A stretch of DNA of 28,506 nucleotides from a virus (taxonomy: Duplodnaviria > Caudoviricetes). The translations under genes and the position numbers were made by a program. Below are positions 26,147-28,506 of this stretch, one piece after another. The DNA lies in IMG/VR virus record IMGVR_UViG_3300020042_002144, positions 1 through 28,506 of that record, one strand, 5' to 3'. The stretch's first letter is position 1, and every line of letters starts with the position of its first letter. The notes below the pieces were generated by a model. That model did not search any database, was not told the DNA's origin, and saw only the letters and a list, made by a program, of their open reading frames with translations.

Positions 26147-27097
26147 ATGACTTTCAATCGTTACCGTATCAACAAAGAACCACACGGTTCACAAGCGTGG
26201 CTGAATCAGCGTTACATGGATGAGCAAGGCAACCGCCGAATCTCAGCCAGTGCCGCAGCCGCTATCTATGGCTTGCATCCTTTCGTAAAGAAAGACCACT
26301 ATGCAGCCGAACAACTATCAGGTGTGGCACCTACACCTATCACCCCTAATGCAGCGATGGAGACAGGCAACCGCCTTGAAGACACCATCATCTCATGGGC
26401 TGGTGACAGACTCGGTGTTGAATTTGAAACACCTAACCAATTGTTCTGTTACGACACAGACAACGGGTGCCATCTCATCTCTACCCTTGACGGATGGAAC
26501 AACGACACTCGCCACATCCTTGAGGTCAAGACCACGAGCCGTGAGTATTCAGGTACTCTCCCTGATTACTGGCGCATCCAAGGCATCACACAATACATCT
26601 GTTCTGATGCCGAGCGTGTGACTTGGGCAATCTTTGATAACACCTTGCGCCTCACATTGGTTGAGCAGGTCATCACTGAAGAAGAAGTCGCTGAACATAT
26701 TGAAGCAGTGACCGAGTGGTTGAATAGTGTTGAGTTGGGCATGACACCATCAGGTGTTAAGTGGTCTTACGAAACTATCCAGACTAGGTATCAGCGTCCC
26801 GTGTCCCGCACGGTTGAGTTGCCTAGTGAAACTGCTGACTTAATACAGAGGTTGCGTCATGTACGCAGTGAACTTGCATCGTACAAGCAGATGGAAGATG
26901 AATTAAAAGCGGAGGTGTGCGAGTTGTTAGGCGAAGCAGATACCGCTATATTGAATGGTGTCACGGTTGCGACATGGAAGGGACAGAAGCGGGAGTCATT
27001 TGATTCTAAAGCACTGCGCCTTGCCCATCCTGACCTTGCCAAACAATATCTAAAAGAAGTACACACCCGTACATTTCTCTTGAAGGGAGAAAAATAA
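26147..27097 (+). CDS. YqaJ-like (lambda-exonuclease family) recombination nuclease
   Basis: WL..R...ISAS, GNRLE, STLDG, LEVKT, Q-x-Q-Y. Confidence 0.9.
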   Translation: MTFNRYRINKEPHGSQAWLNQRYMDEQGNRRISASAAAAIYGLHPFVKKDHYAAEQLSGVAPTPITPNAAMETGNRLEDTIISWAGDRLGVEFETPNQLFCYDTDNGCHLISTLDGWNNDTRHILEVKTTSREYSGTLPDYWRIQGITQYICSDAERVTWAIFDNTLRLTLVEQVITEEEVAEHIEAVTEWLNSVELGMTPSGVKWSYETIQTRYQRPVSRTVELPSETADLIQRLRHVRSELASYKQMEDELKAEVCELLGEADTAILNGVTVATWKGQKRESFDSKALRLAHPDLAKQYLKEVHTRTFLLKGEK

Positions 27098-27759
27098 TGG
27101 AAAAGAAAACAATCGGACTTGATGAAGTCCTCACTAAATACGGGGTACCTGACCCCAAAATCATAGGCAAGTTACCTAAGGGCGGTCAGCAGTTGTCCTT
27201 TGTCGGGCACGCCGATGTGACAAAAATGCTTTTGGAAGTGGACAGTGCATGGACATGGGAGCCAACAGCGTTTGACTCTGATGGTCTACCTGCCTACCGT
27301 GTAGAGAATGGCATGGCACACATGGCTGGATGGATGACAGTGCATGGTGTGCGCCGTCTTGGTATCGGTTCATGCCTACCCAACAAGCCCGATTTGCTGA
27401 AGGAACTTATCAGCGACCTAATTAGGAACTGCGGAATGAGGTATGGATTTTGTCTCAGTTTGTGGACTAAGCAGGAATGGGAAGACCTAGACCACAACCC
27501 AGCCCCATCTAAGCCACGCCCGTCAGCACCCGCCAGTGCCCCTGAGCAGGCTCCTAAGCAGGCTAAACCCAAGACCCTAACCCCACTGTCACAGGCACAG
27601 ATTGACCAGTTCAACACCGCCTGTGAAGCCAAAGGGATAACACCCCTAGCGGTAGCCCTCAACGCAGGCATCCCCGAAGGTACCCCTTGGATGGAGTCAC
27701 ACCTTCCAGCCCTACGGTCAGCGTTCAAGGAACTTGCATCATTCAAGGACGGCGAGTGA
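27097..27759 (+). CDS. Single-strand annealing protein, Rad52/Sak-like
   Basis: LSFVGHADV..LL.VD..W.W and KELISD...N..MRYG..L.LW. Paired with the exonuclease. Confidence 0.7.
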   Translation: MEKKTIGLDEVLTKYGVPDPKIIGKLPKGGQQLSFVGHADVTKMLLEVDSAWTWEPTAFDSDGLPAYRVENGMAHMAGWMTVHGVRRLGIGSCLPNKPDLLKELISDLIRNCGMRYGFCLSLWTKQEWEDLDHNPAPSKPRPSAPASAPEQAPKQAKPKTLTPLSQAQIDQFNTACEAKGITPLAVALNAGIPEGTPWMESHLPALRSAFKELASFKDGE

Positions 27760-27941
27760 TGGCTAACAAAAGAACAGTAGACCCCACCGCCAGTGAAGCA
27801 TCAGCCCATATCATTGGGTTGCGTGTCACACCGTCACAGTTAGAACAGATTGCTTTCTTATGTAAGCAACGCAACACGAAGCGTTCACAATTATTCCGTG
27901 ACTTAATCCGTCAAGAACTAGAAGCAGAACTGGCTAGGTAA
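27759..27941 (+). CDS. Ribbon-helix-helix (CopG/Arc-like) DNA-binding protein
   Basis: IIGLRVT strand, helix, then RSQLFRDLI. Start at the TGATG overlap, 27759. Confidence 0.75.
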   Translation: MANKRTVDPTASEASAHIIGLRVTPSQLEQIAFLCKQRNTKRSQLFRDLIRQELEAELAR

Positions 27942-28159
27942 TGTCCAGTTACGAGGAACTTCTTGACAACATGGAAGAACGAAACAAACTGTTGAGCGTT
28001 CAACTCAAGCAAGCGAAGGCGGAGACACAAGAGTGGAGGCGCATAGCCAATGCGTTAGCCCACTCCAGTGCCCTGTCGTCAGGCAAACACACCCCGTTGG
28101 TGGAACACGAGCACTACCGCAAGTGGGAGAAGAAGAACAGGGCGTGGTGGGGTGTCTAA
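27941..28159 (+). CDS. Hypothetical coiled-coil protein (72 aa)
   Basis: TAATG coupled, heptad pattern. Confidence 0.7.
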   Translation: MSSYEELLDNMEERNKLLSVQLKQAKAETQEWRRIANALAHSSALSSGKHTPLVEHEHYRKWEKKNRAWWGV

Positions 28160-28457
28160 TGAACGCATACACGGACGCTCTACCTACCTGAAATACAAAT
28201 GCCGATGCACTGTATGTGTTGAAGACGCAAGGAAATACCGTGTTGATAGAAAGAAGACTGTCTTAATGCTTGATGGTGAACCGTTGATTGAAAGGCTTGC
28301 TCGTGACGGGCGTATGTTATCTATCAATACCAGCACCAGCCACAAGTGGAGGACTAGAGGGTTAAGTGTTTACTTAGCCGACAGGTGGGCAGTGAAACTT
28401 GGATACCACCCATATGAAATATGGGGCAATGAATTTTACAGAGGATGTAATGAGTAA
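28152..28457 (+). CDS. Putative DNA-binding protein (HG..Y..CRC..C Zn motif plus HTH ending HPYEIWG)
   Basis: Likely GTG start at 28152, overlapping the previous stop. Confidence 0.65.
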   Translation: MSNERIHGRSTYLKYKCRCTVCVEDARKYRVDRKKTVLMLDGEPLIERLARDGRMLSINTSTSHKWRTRGLSVYLADRWAVKLGYHPYEIWGNEFYRGCNE

Positions 28458-28506
28458 AGCAAAACAAAAAGGAACATCGGCTGAGACCGCCGTAGTTAAC
28501 TGGCTT
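28450..28506 (+). CDS. Holliday junction resolvase-like (Hjc type), N-terminal fragment cut by the window edge
   Basis: MSKAKQKGTSAETAVVNWL matches the KG..xE..V start of phage Hjc-like resolvases. AGAGG SD. Confidence 0.6.
   Translation, partial: MSKAKQKGTSAETAVVNWL

Overview
A ~28.5 kb segment of a tailed dsDNA phage genome, probably a short-tailed podovirus-type phage of an actinobacterial host. The host call is inferred from leaderless TANNNT-N6-9-ATG starts, an NGGxSLRD membrane protein and a Thr-rich surface protein. All credible CDS are on the + strand. In order: a ~650 bp non-coding region with divergent promoters and a heavily base-paired minus-strand segment (candidate ncRNA); four small Lys-rich ORFs; an HTH-fused large terminase; portal; a TAATG-coupled block of probable internal/ejection proteins; scaffold; major capsid protein; terminator; small virion proteins; a collagen-like fibre with tail collar; a GT2-TPR glycosyltransferase; adaptor and nozzle; a second collar fibre; a lysis cassette (holin-like proteins, mucin-like membrane protein, M15-type peptidase); then a sigma70-type promoter opening an early module (YqaJ exonuclease, Rad52/Sak-like annealase, RHH protein, Zn/HTH protein, truncated Holliday junction resolvase). 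The most notable unexplained signals are the candidate ~300 nt pseudoknotted minus-strand RNA, a dispersed palindrome GWCTTAAGWC that often overlaps promoters or starts, a pseudoknot-like scaffold leader with an anti-SD loop, a shared MAAKK N-terminus on four proteins, and a possible virion O-glycosylation system. All motif counts were made by eye and family calls come from motif recognition, not database searches.
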